From assembly GCA_964016885.1 (NCBI GenBank), contig OZ024740.1:390724001-390788000 (forward strand): a stretch of 64,000 nt of DNA, read 5' to 3'. Every line of letters starts with the position of its first letter. Position 1 is the stretch's first letter. This DNA is from Eledone cirrhosa. Taxonomy: Eukaryota. Both the position numbers and the translations under genes were made by a program. Below, piece by piece: positions 53,037 to 64,000 of the stretch. The notes under the pieces were generated by a model, which saw nothing but the letters and a program-made list of their open reading frames with translations, did not search any database and was not told the DNA's origin.

Positions 53037-53800
53037 TATATTAAGACAGGGGGGAAGAAAAAATGGCTTCACTTGTGCTTTCAACAAATTTATTTTCTTC
53101 ACAAAATCCAAAAAGAATTTTTCTTAAAAAAATTATTTTATAAATTAAGTTGTTGGTTGTTGGTTAGGTCTTAGGAGTTCTTGGTTAACGTAGGAGGTAT
53201 TGTTTCGTTTTTAGAAAGACCTTTCACGCTGAGGTGCGCTTGTCAAACTGATGTGTATGTGGTGTGTTGTTCTATATATAGGGATTTAACATGTCTGTGA
53301 TGTGGTGGGGGTTTCTTTTCTCCCCCTTTAATAAGTGCATGGGTGTAGGTGTGTTGAAAAAGTGTTCATAGCAGTAATGAGTTGAGACAGTGAGTAGGGT
53401 TAGGTGGGGAGAAATGTAGCAAGTGCGGCCTGCCCCGGTCATTCTCGAAAAATTCCTTTATTCAGGGGAAAAAGCTTTTAGCATTGCTTTTGTGTTGAGA
53501 ATGGTCACAGGCAAATCGCACCTGTCAAGTTTGTGAATAATTATTTTTTTCTTCTTTTTTTCCTGAAGAATTTTTCTACGTCCATCCCAAAGTTAGTCCT
53601 TTGTTCAACACACACATATGTGCGCATATACGTACATACACACACGGGCATATGTAGGAATATATAGGCACACACCATCAATCACACACCCATGCACAAA
53701 TACATCCACATACATACACAAAAACATATAGAGACACCTATAAAAACACACATATACATACGTACACACACGAATATGTACTCATACCTCCACATGGGTA
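53037..53800. repeat. Left arm of ~765-bp inverted repeat (right arm 57437-58200)
   Basis: Near-identical reverse complement; ORF-track peptides 53692+ and 57123- match. Confidence 0.92.
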
Positions 53801-53819
53801 CATATATATACATACACAA

Positions 53820-55495
53820 CATAAAAGGGAAAAATACATCATACATCGAAGCACCAAAACCGACAGACTTAAAATTACGCCCCATTATTGCTGGCCCAGC
53901 CTCAAGCACACAACGTCTAAGCAACCTATTAGACATCATACTCAAGCCCCCTATGTAAAAAAGTTCCAAGCTACATCAGAGATGATATGGAATTCCTTAA
54001 CTATATCCCCCAAAAAGTACACCAGGATACAATCCTAGTCAGTTTTGATGTAATAAGCCTGTACACTAACATCCCACACGACCTAGGGATTGAAGCTGTG
54101 GCCTTTTGTATTACAAAACACTCAAGTCACATTTCAGAAAGATTCCCCAAAGAATTCATCTTGGAAGGACTTAAATTAGTATTGGAAAACAACCACTTCC
54201 TCTTTGACAACGAACTTTATCTACAAATAAAAGGAACAGCCATGGGTACCAAAGTGGCCCCTACATATGCAACGCTCGTTATGGGTCACTTAGAGGCAAA
54301 ATTATATTCCCAACTACAGATAACATTCAGTCACGACTTCGCCTTCTACATTAATAAAAACTGGAAACGTTACCTAGATGACTGCTTCATCTTCTGGAAC
54401 AGAAGCCAAACAGACCTACAAAAATGTTATTCGATCCTAAACAGGCTTCATGAAGCCATACAATTCACTATGGAATGTAACGAAAAGGAACTACCCTTTC
54501 TAGATATCCTCTTCATTAAAGAAGTGGAAAATATCATAACGGACCTATTTTGCAAACCCACTGACACACACCAATACTTAAATTTCCAGTCAGCACACCC
54601 CTCACATACGAAAAGGAACATTCCCTTCAACATGGCAAGGCGCATCTGCACTATAGCAACACACCCCGTACTACAAGAAAAAAGATTATGTGACCTGAAA
54701 AAATTCCTTAAAAAACAAGAACACCCGATGAAACTCATCAACGCAGCCATCTCCAAGGCTAAGAACATCCCAATAACAACACTGAGAAAACCAAACCCAC
54801 AACATAAAAAAGAAAACCCTGCTATCTCTTTTGTCATCACTCACAACCCAGGGAACATCAACATTGTGAAAACTGCTAAGCAGTATCTCCCGATTCTACA
54901 GCAATCTACCAAAATGAATGCACTTTTTAAAAAACACACAGATAATTTATAGCAGACGCCAAGCACCCAACCTTAAAAAACTAATTACCAAGGCAAAATT
55001 TACGACCAGCATGGAATCAATGCAAGTGACGAAATGCAAGGACCCTAGATGTGGAACCTGTGAACTCATCGAAGAGGGCAAACAGTTGTCCTTCAAAAAC
55101 CATGATAATTTCAAGGTCAATGCTAACATGAACTGCAAAACGAAAAACCTAATATATTGCGCAACATATCCACAGTGTATAGAGTATTACATTGGGGAAA
55201 CCGGAACGGGATTACATGATAGAGTCCGGGTACATAAACAACAGATTAAAGACCCCACAGTCAGAAATACCACTTTGCATCATGCGGGAAGGGAAAATTC
55301 ACAATCTTCCCTTTCTTCAAAATATGGTCGGATAACGAACATTTCCGCAGATATTAGGAAGAATTCTTCATTGAAAAATTTAAACCACTACTGAACACGA
55401 AAAAATGAATTAACACTCGGAGGTAAAATTCCATTTCACTACCCCCCCCCCCTCTTCTTATGTATACACATGAATATCTGAGTGAACGGTGAAAC
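53820..55495 (+). mobile_element. Penelope-like element RT + Cys linker + GIY-YIG, 5'-truncated and frameshifted
   Basis: LRPIIAG, SFDVISLYTNIP, GTAMGTKVAPTYA, RYLDD, LPFLDI; CKDPRCGTC, NLIY...YYIGET. Confidence 0.92.
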
Positions 55496-55630
55496 ACACA
55501 CATATATGTGTGTGTGTAGGGATGTATGGATGTATGTACGTGTGGGTATATATGTATGTGGGTGTGTGTATATGTGTGTGTGTGTGTGTGTATGTGTATA
55601 TATATATGTATGGATGTGTGTATGTTTGTA

Positions 55631-55699
<69 letters not shown>

Positions 55700-55756
55700 G
55701 TGTATGTGTGTATATATGTGTATATGTACATGTATGTATGTGTATGTTTGTATATA

Positions 55757-55803
<47 letters not shown>

Positions 55804-56120
55804 ATATATGGATAGATATGTATGTTTATGTGCGTGTGTATGTATGTGTATGTACCTATATATATGTGTGTGTGTGTATGTATGTGCATATATGTATATA
55901 TGTGTGTACATATGTGTATGTTTCTGTTTGTGTATATGTATGTATGTATGTAGATGTATGTGTATATATATGTGTATATATATGTATATGTATGTGTATG
56001 TGTATATGTGTCTTTATGTGCTCGTGTGTACGTACATATATATATATGTATATATGTATGTGTGTATGTATGTGTGTGTATGTGTGTATATATATGTATA
56101 TATATATGTATGTATATATG

Positions 56121-56152
<32 letters not shown>

Positions 56153-56204
56153 CCTGTATGTGTATGTATGTGTGTATGTATGTACTTGTATGTGTATGTG
56201 TATG

Positions 56205-56251
<47 letters not shown>

Positions 56252-56378
56252 ATATGTATGTGTATATATATATATATATATGGATATATATGTACGTGTA
56301 TGTGTATGTGTATATGTGTGTGTGTGTGTATGTGTCTGTATGTGTTTATGTGTACATATATGTATGTGTATGTGTATG

Positions 56379-56471
<93 letters not shown>

Positions 56472-56506
56472 GCCTCTCTCTTTATATGTGTATATATACG
56501 GACATA

Positions 56507-56537
<31 letters not shown>

Positions 56538-56670
56538 ATACACGTGTGAGTGTGTGTATGTGTGCGTGTATGTGTATATATGTATATTTAGTTATGTATC
56601 TTTATGTGTGTATATGTATGTATATGTATGTATGTATATGTATGTATATATGTACTTATATATATATATA
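55496..56670. repeat. Degenerate (TA)/(TG)/(TATG) microsatellite expanse
   Basis: Direct read. Confidence 0.95.
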
Positions 56671-57312
56671 TGTCTCATGGTCGGGTCGTTGGCGACTAAA
56701 CTGGCTACCCCACCAAGGTTTCTTGGTGAGGAGGGTGACTTTGGACATCCTGCAGGACTAAAAACAAAACCTGTCAAAGGGCAAAGGAGCTCTTAAGAGT
56801 CAATAGCCATCCAAAATCACCGGGAGAGATGACCCCTTAGCCTTTGTCAAGGCAGAATTCTAGGAGAAAGAAAACTCTGATATAACACCTGCAACCCTGA
56901 TGGTATCCAATGATGTTGACTTGTTCTTCTTTTTGGTAAATATCATCTTGGTTAAGAGAGTGGGACTGGCTTTGTGCAGTGCCTTTTGCTCACTATAAAA
57001 GCTTCACAGCACAGGCATTGCTTTATATCTGGAGATCTCTCTGCACTTGTCATCACATGGTACCATGGGCCCTGCACTATGTGTCAATAATGGTCACAAG
57101 TGTAGTCTTTGTACCAGAGTTTTCAAGTTGCTGGCTGGACTAAAAAGTCACATTCGTTCAGCGCATCGGTAGGGGTTCTCCTACATGGATATAAAGTAGT
57201 GGCCGTACTCGAAAACGAGTTGGCAGCCACCATATATATATATATATATATATGTGTGTTTGTATATATATGTATATATGCGTGTGTGTATATGTGTGTG
57301 TATGTGTATATG

Positions 57313-57393
<81 letters not shown>

Positions 57394-58200
57394 ATGTATA
57401 TGTGTATGTGTATGTGTATGTATATGTATATATATATACCCATGTGGAGGTATGAGTACATATTCGTGTGTGTACGTATGTATATGTGTGTTTTTATATG
57501 TGTCTCTATATGTTTTTGTGTATGTATGTGGATGTATTTGTGCATGGGTGTGTGATTGATGGTGTGTGCCTATATATTCCTACATATGCCCGTGTGTGTA
57601 TGTACGTATATGCGCACATATGTGTGTGTTGAACAAATGACTAACTTTGGGATGGACGTAGAAAAATTCTTCAGGAAAAAAAGAAGAAAAAAATAATTAT
57701 TCACAAACTTGACATGTGCGATTTGCCTGTGACCATTCTCAACACAAAAGCAATGCTAAAAGCTTTTTCCCCTGAATAAAGGAATTTTTCGAGAATGACC
57801 GGGGCAGGCCGCACTTGCTACATTTCTCCCCACCCAACCCTACTCACTGTCTCAACTCATTACTGCTATGAACACTTTTTCAACACACCTACACCCATGC
57901 ACTTATTAAAGAGGGAGAAAAGAAACCCCCACCACACCACAGACATGTTAAATCCCTATATATAGAACAACACACCACATACACATCAGTTTGACAAGCG
58001 CACCTCAGCGTGAAAGGTCTTTCTAAAAACGAAACAATACCTCCTACGTTAACCAAGAACTCCTAAGACCTAACCAACAACCAACAACTTAATTTATAAA
58101 ATAATTTTTTTAAGAAAAATTCTTTTTGGATTTTGTGAAGAAAATAAATTTGTTGAAAGCACAATTGAAGCCATTTTTTCTTTCCCCCTGTCTTAATATA

Positions 58201-58268
<68 letters not shown>

Positions 58269-58507
58269 ATATAGAGGGGAAAGACACAGAAGAGTGTGTT
58301 TTTCTTTACTGGAATTTCAAACCACCAGCGTGAAGAGAATATAAGCTAATAGAGGCATAGGAAAAACATTAAAATTAAAAGTATAAATTAAAATGAGAAA
58401 CCAACCTGATACCTAGATCACACATGTACAAACTCACCGGGAGATTGTTTCGCCATTTAAGTGGGTTCCAATTCGGCCCTGTTGGTCATCAGCATATGGA
58501 GAGACCG

Positions 58508-58579
<72 letters not shown>

Positions 58580-58730
58580 AATGGAGACGGTAAAAGCCAG
58601 TTATACCATTACTCACCAGAGTACTCGATATTTGAGGTAGTAGATATGAAAAAGGTCAGGACCCCGATGGCTGAGCTCCGGATATAGCCGTTGAAACGAT
58701 CGGAGTTCAACTGTCGGGGTCCTGAATTTA

Positions 58731-58761
<31 letters not shown>

Positions 58762-59217
58762 GGGATAACAAATTATCGTTAAAGGTAATCCAGTTAGAGG
58801 TTGTGAATACTCCGTATTGTGGATAGTTTTAACGTACGGCGTTGTTTGACTCAATAAGAGGTTTTATTAGGTAGCGAGATTGTGAGTTCTCGGGAGTTCC
58901 TATGCAGGTTAATCTTGGAGTAATAATAGTGAAAGAGTGAAGAATAACATGGTCAACAGTACAAAAAGGGTTTTATTTACAGTATTAACAATTGTTTCAT
59001 TGATTAAGTTGTCTAAAAATTGCTAATCACTTGAAGTTGTGGCACTCAATTTTAAATACAGTTTTTCTGATGATCTGGTTAAGCATACATTGTATTTAAA
59101 ATTGAGTGACACAACTTCAAGTGATTACCAATTTTTAGACAACTTAATCAATTGTTAATACTGTAAATAAAACCCTTTTTGTACTGTTGACCATGTTATT
59201 CTTCACTCTTTCACTAT
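58762..59217. mobile_element. Penelope-type terminal repeat with fold-back (arms ~58926-59060 / 59091-59217)
   Basis: Homologous to 27140-27475; CTGATGA at 59067, with the GAAA half intact only on the opposite arm. Confidence 0.75.
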
Positions 59218-59243
59218 ATATATGTGTGTGTGTGTGCGTGTGC

Positions 59244-59274
<31 letters not shown>

Positions 59275-59291
59275 AGTATGTGTGTGTGTGT

Positions 59292-59601
59292 GGTGAAATT
59301 CCGTTATAACGAAATTCACGGGATATAAAAAATATTAAAAATTCGATGTAACGAAAAATTCTTTATAACGAGATCGACCGAAACAAACCGACCATTTGTT
59401 TGTTATTACCTCATATTTAAGAATTAAACAATAAATAAATGAAAATATGCCTGCAATATGATTGTATCATGCAATAGAATATAAATATATATTTCAAATA
59501 TGTTTCTTTCGTCTGTTTTCTGTCATATTATAAACTTACGTAAAAAAAACCTCAAAAAACTTAAAATTACTTTTTAGTTATGTATTTTATGTTATAATAA
59601 T

Positions 59602-59652
<51 letters not shown>

Positions 59653-60045
59653 CAGATATGTTCTTTTGAATCATTCTCTTTCATTTGAAATTTGGAATAT
59701 TAACGAATTTAAATAATGAGTAATAAGAAAGAGCCACAAATCGTAAAGATACTTTTATTCAAGAATTGGTATGTAAGAATAATCAGTTGAAGAATCATAA
59801 ACAACAATTCGGTTTTGAATGACAATTCTGCGAGAATGAGTGAGTCGAATTTTTTTTTTTTTTTTCAGTAAGGAATTCTGACTTCTTGGGGTTCGATTTT
59901 CGGTCCTTGTACTGAAATATTCGTAATGAATTTCGTTATAACGAGATTCTTTTATCGCTGTTTTAATAAGCCGCGGATTGACAACATTTCGTTATACTGA
60001 AAAATTCATCATAATGGTATTCGTTATAACGGAATTTTACCTGTA
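59292..60045. mobile_element. Tigger/pogo-type MITE
   Basis: TIRs ggtgaaattccgttataacgaa / ttcgttataacggaattttacctg+TA; subterminal ataacga repeats. Confidence 0.75.
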
Positions 60046-60542
60046 TAATGTACAGGATGCGCCTATACGCCGAGGGGTTTTTGGCCATCATGTTGAATTT
60101 TCAGTAACTTGTAGCTAGACGTGTAAAGATCCGGATGACTTTAAAAAACGGAAAATTTGAAATGTTCACGCCCCAATGTAAGTGACTATAATATTAAGAG
60201 TCGACCTCGGTAAAATAGTTAATTGAAAATGTATAATATTTGAGAAAATCGAGAAAAGTCCGCATGGATCAGAAAAAGATTGGACAGAAACCCGCATTTC
60301 TCAAATGCCGGTTAAACCTTTTTTTCAAATAACCGACAGAGGTATCTTCATGAAATGGAACTCCATATCACTTGGATGCCGTGCAAGTGCGTTATCCATT
60401 ACTTTAATGGGTCTCTGACGCTAAAATACCGTTTTATGAGGATTTTAATCGTGTAGTATTCACTGTTCTGCAAAGTTTTGCTTTTGTCCACTGAAGAGAT
60501 CGAAGTGAGGATGAGGGAAAATTGGTGGATAGAGGGTTATAT

Positions 60543-60733
60543 AATTGTTTCTACTATTGGCACAAGGCCAGCAATTAAATCAGTGCATTACTGGTACTTT
60601 ATTTTATCGACCCCGTAAGGATGAAAGGCAAACGTAACTTCGGCGGGACTTGAACTCAGACCATAAAGGGGCATAACTCTATGCTGGAAAGCATGGCATT
60701 CGACCCTCTATCGATACTGCCAATCCACCGCCC
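60543..60733 (-). mobile_element. Full-length SINE family S
   Basis: Same core; atagagggttatata / atagatggttatata flanks are a probable TSD. Confidence 0.88.
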
Positions 60734-61021
60734 TTATAGATGGTTATATAAGGTTGAGTAAATGGTTGATTATCCGTAGGCTTTAGTTTACTTCGAATGG
60801 TAATAAGTATTGTGCTAGAATGTTCCCTTCTCCTGTATGACACGGATTTGTCAGAGTAAATGCGTGGTCAACGTTTTCTCTTGTTTTATTAATGGCTTAG
60901 TCAGAAGAAGAAGAGAAGTAGATATAGGAACATACAGAAAAGCTAGAATAAAATTTACTTAAGGATAAAGGCGATCGATTTTTGGGAAAAATCAATGTCA
61001 GTTTCTGATTTCACAGGTACA

Positions 61022-61570
61022 TACGATGGTCAGCTGAAAAGGTCATAGTCTGACTAAGATACCCTCATGAAATAACCAAATGAGGTTTATTTTTCAACAT
61101 AGCCCCTGGAAAGAAACAATGCCGTTATTAATAAGAAGAGTTAAAATTAATGCATGCACGATTTCACAGCTTTAGCATCTCTGCTTCATATTTAGCCGAC
61201 TGAAAATTACATAGGCTGAAAAGTTCATAGGCCAAGATACTCTCATGGAATGATCAAATGAGGTTTATTTTTCAACATAGCCCCTGGAAAGAAACAATAC
61301 AATTATTGATAAGAGGAGTTAAAATTAATGCATGCAAGATTTCACAGCTTTAGCATCTCTCCTTCATATTCAACCGACTGAAAAGTTCATAGGCTGACCA
61401 AGATACTCTCATGGAATGATCAAATGAGGTTTATTTTCCAACATAGCCCCTGGAAAGAAACAATGCAGTTATTGATAAGAAGAGTTGTTAAAATTACTGC
61501 ATGCAAGGTTTCACACCACTAGAAACACTCCTTCATAGTCAGCCTATAAACAGTTTAGCCAAACCTCGTA
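61022..61570. mobile_element. Mariner-type MITE with internal tandem triplication
   Basis: Ends tacgatggtcagctgaaaaggtcatagtctgac / gtcagcctataaacagtttagccaaacctcgta; three 160-185 bp units. Confidence 0.7.
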
Positions 61571-62038
61571 TATTGTAATTGGTACACTTCTCTAATTTAT
61601 TTTAACGGTCGATCTAATTCATGTTTATCTAATCATTAGTTTCTCGAGCAAATGATTTTTCTTATGAAGAGATGTTTATTTATTTAAATATTTATTTTTA
61701 TTTCGATTCAGGTTGGTTTCTTACTTGGCAACTTTTCAAGTATTTACTTACTTCCTTTCGGGATTCGTTAGACTAATCGGAAATAATAGCTTAGTAATTA
61801 AACTTGTGAGCGAATAATACACGCGTGTGTGTGTGATCGCTAAGTGATAGTGATTATGCCACCACATATTAGTCTCGATATATATGTATATATAAATATA
61901 TATATATATATGTGTGTGTGTATGTGTGTGTGGGGGGGGGGTGTATATACATATTTATTAAAATAACAGATTAAAGTTTAAGCAAAGAATATATAAATGT
62001 ATATATAAATGTATATATATATAAATATATATATATTT

Positions 62039-62087
62039 GCTTCCTGATGATTTTTCACGAATGAAACAGTTCTAGTCCAGTAGAAGC
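62039..62087 (+). ncRNA. Type I hammerhead ribozyme
   Basis: gcttc-CTGATGA-weak stem II-GAAA-c...g-TA-gaagc. Confidence 0.6.
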
Positions 62088-62341
62088 TTTTCTATTAAAT
62101 ATTTATATTCTGCTTTGTATTGAGTACCTTACTTACTGTGGTTACTCCCGATTGAACCCGGGATAAACATATACATATATATATATATATAAATTTTGAG
62201 TATATGTTGGTTGTCTACCAACACCTCAGTATGCAGATTGGAGCACTCGACGAAGTGCGCAGGTTGGTTTGGTTACTCTGGAGTAATGTAAAATAAACTA
62301 AAATAAATAAGTCAAATATTTAAAATTTGGTTTCGTTTATT

Positions 62342-62396
62342 ACTGCTATATATATTTCGGTGACAGCCATCTTTGGCTGTGACCTCTTCAGGCAGT
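62342..62396 (-). ncRNA. Type I hammerhead ribozyme (left arm of fold-back)
   Basis: actgc-CTGAAGA-ggtcacagcc..ggctgtcacc-GAAA-tatata-TA-gcagt. Confidence 0.82.
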
Positions 62397-62849
62397 CCGA
62401 ATTAGTGTGGTAGAGACGAGTACACATGTTGTTGAGGTGTTTAACTTTGTCAGTACTCTGATATGCCCAGTTCCTGGTTGGGTTGTTATTTCACTGAGGA
62501 ACTGGAATCATATGAATTTAAACAAACGTATTTTAGCGTCGAAGGACATCCTCTCCTCCCATTGGTCAGTTGTGAGAACATTCCTCAGTCAAAAGTCTAG
62601 AGAAATTCATTCTGAGGCGAGGCAATCTGTAGTGGTTGTTTTTGTTATTGTTAAGTTAAGTACATCAGACCTCTACCCTTATGTTGGTAGTAGTGTTGGT
62701 GTTGGAGTCAGCTTAATTCCAGCTGCTGCTGATTTTAGAAGGATCTGTGTGTGTGTGTGTGTTGGCATCTATCCTGCCACCATTTCTCGTGGTGGAGGTG
62801 GGATGGGGGCTCAACAACATGTGTACTCGTCTCTACCATACTAATTCGG

Positions 62850-62904
62850 ACTGCCTGAAGAGGTCACAGCCAAAGATGGCTGTCACCGAAATACATATAG
62901 CAGT
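62850..62904 (+). ncRNA. Type I hammerhead ribozyme (right arm of fold-back)
   Basis: actgc-CTGAAGA-ggtcacagcc aaagat ggctgtcacc-GAAA-tacata-TA-gcagt. Confidence 0.82.
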
Positions 62905-62950
62905 AATAAACGAAGCCAAATTTTAAATATTTGACTTATATATTTTAGTT

Positions 62951-63035
<85 letters not shown>

Positions 63036-63117
63036 TATCGAGATTAATATGTGGTGGCATAATCACTATCACTAAGCGAACACACACACATATATATATG
63101 TATATATATATATATTC

Positions 63118-64000
63118 CAGAGGTGGAACGAACACTTTCGTGAGGTCCTCAATCAGCCATCCCCAACACAGTCTTCGAGCTTGACTGGGAGGAAGCGAGC
63201 TACCGGCTGGATGTACGATTAGACGACATCACAAGAGCTGAGGTGGCCAAGGCCATCCGCTGCCAAAAGAATAACAAAGCGGCAGGGCTGGATGAGATTC
63301 CTGCAGAGCTTCTGAAGCACGGCAAGGATGTAATAGAGGAGCAGCTCACCCATTTATGCAATGTGATTTGGCAAGAAGAGGCGGTGTCGGAGGACTGGGG
63401 AAATGGAGTGATTGTACCACTACCAAAGAAGGGTTGTCTCAGCGATTGCAACAACTGGAGAGGGATCACGTTGCTATCAGTGCCAGGGAAGGTATTCTGC
63501 ACAGTCATCCTGAACCGGCTGAGAGCAGAAGTAGATCGTCATCTTCGAGACGAACAGGCTGGTTTCCGCAGTGGAAGGTCTTGTTCAGAGCAGATCTTCA
63601 CTCTCCGAAATATCATTGAACAATGTCGGGAGTTCCACAAGTCCCTTGCTGTCAACTACATTGACTTCAGGAAAGACAGTGTTCATCGGGAGTCATTGTG
63701 GAAGATTGTAAGACTCTACGGTGTCCCAGAGAAATATATTAACATCTTCAGGTAGTTGTACCGACATTCCAGGTGCTGCGTTAGGACAAAGGACGGAAAC
63801 ACGGAAATGTTTGACATCTTGACGGGTGTTCGACAAGGCTGCATCCTTTCGCCTTTCCTTTTTTCCTCATTGTCATCGATTTCATCATGAAGAAGACATG
63901 AGTGACCCTCGTTTTGGCATCAGTTGGGATGGAAGGAGATTAAGCGACCTGGACTTTGCCGATGACATCGCAGTGATAGGCCATTCCCGAGAAGACCTGC
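63118..64000 (+). mobile_element. RTE-clade LINE RT fragment, runs off the window end
   Basis: RWNEHF, KAAGLDEIPAELLK, NWRGITLLS, EQAGFR, GVRQGCILSP, DFADD; stop at 63753 and frameshifts. Confidence 0.88.

Noticed and set aside
60050-60500. Tc1/mariner transposase remnant (DG.P.H-like on the minus strand)
   Set aside because: Single degenerate motif and no matching second terminus found.
61034-61520. Regularly spaced repeats as a CRISPR array
   Set aside because: Whole units repeat with no unique spacers; eukaryotic context and no cas genes.

Overview
AT-rich, microsatellite-saturated eukaryotic DNA; the SINE families suggest an octopus or other cephalopod (inference). No intact host gene is visible. 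(1) 3.7-19 kb: a stack of non-LTR retrotransposons separated by (TTA)n runs, made of four R4/Dong-like REL elements (two families, minus strand) and one apparently intact Tx1/L1-clade element (plus strand). (2) 22-63 kb: many Penelope-like (RT/GIY-YIG) remnants and small non-coding units bounded by (TA)n. These carry about 15 type I hammerhead ribozyme motifs; three sit in terminally redundant 306, 534 and 624 nt units resembling reverse-transcribed circular RNAs (retrozyme-like), and some have a U3/A8 variant core. (3) Several local inverted duplications bounded by (TA)n, an RTE RT with an embedded PHD-like finger, SINEs and MITEs. (4) Collinear decayed exons of an ABCA-type transporter pseudogene on the minus strand (about 19.8-48.4 kb). 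All calls were made by eye, without database searches.
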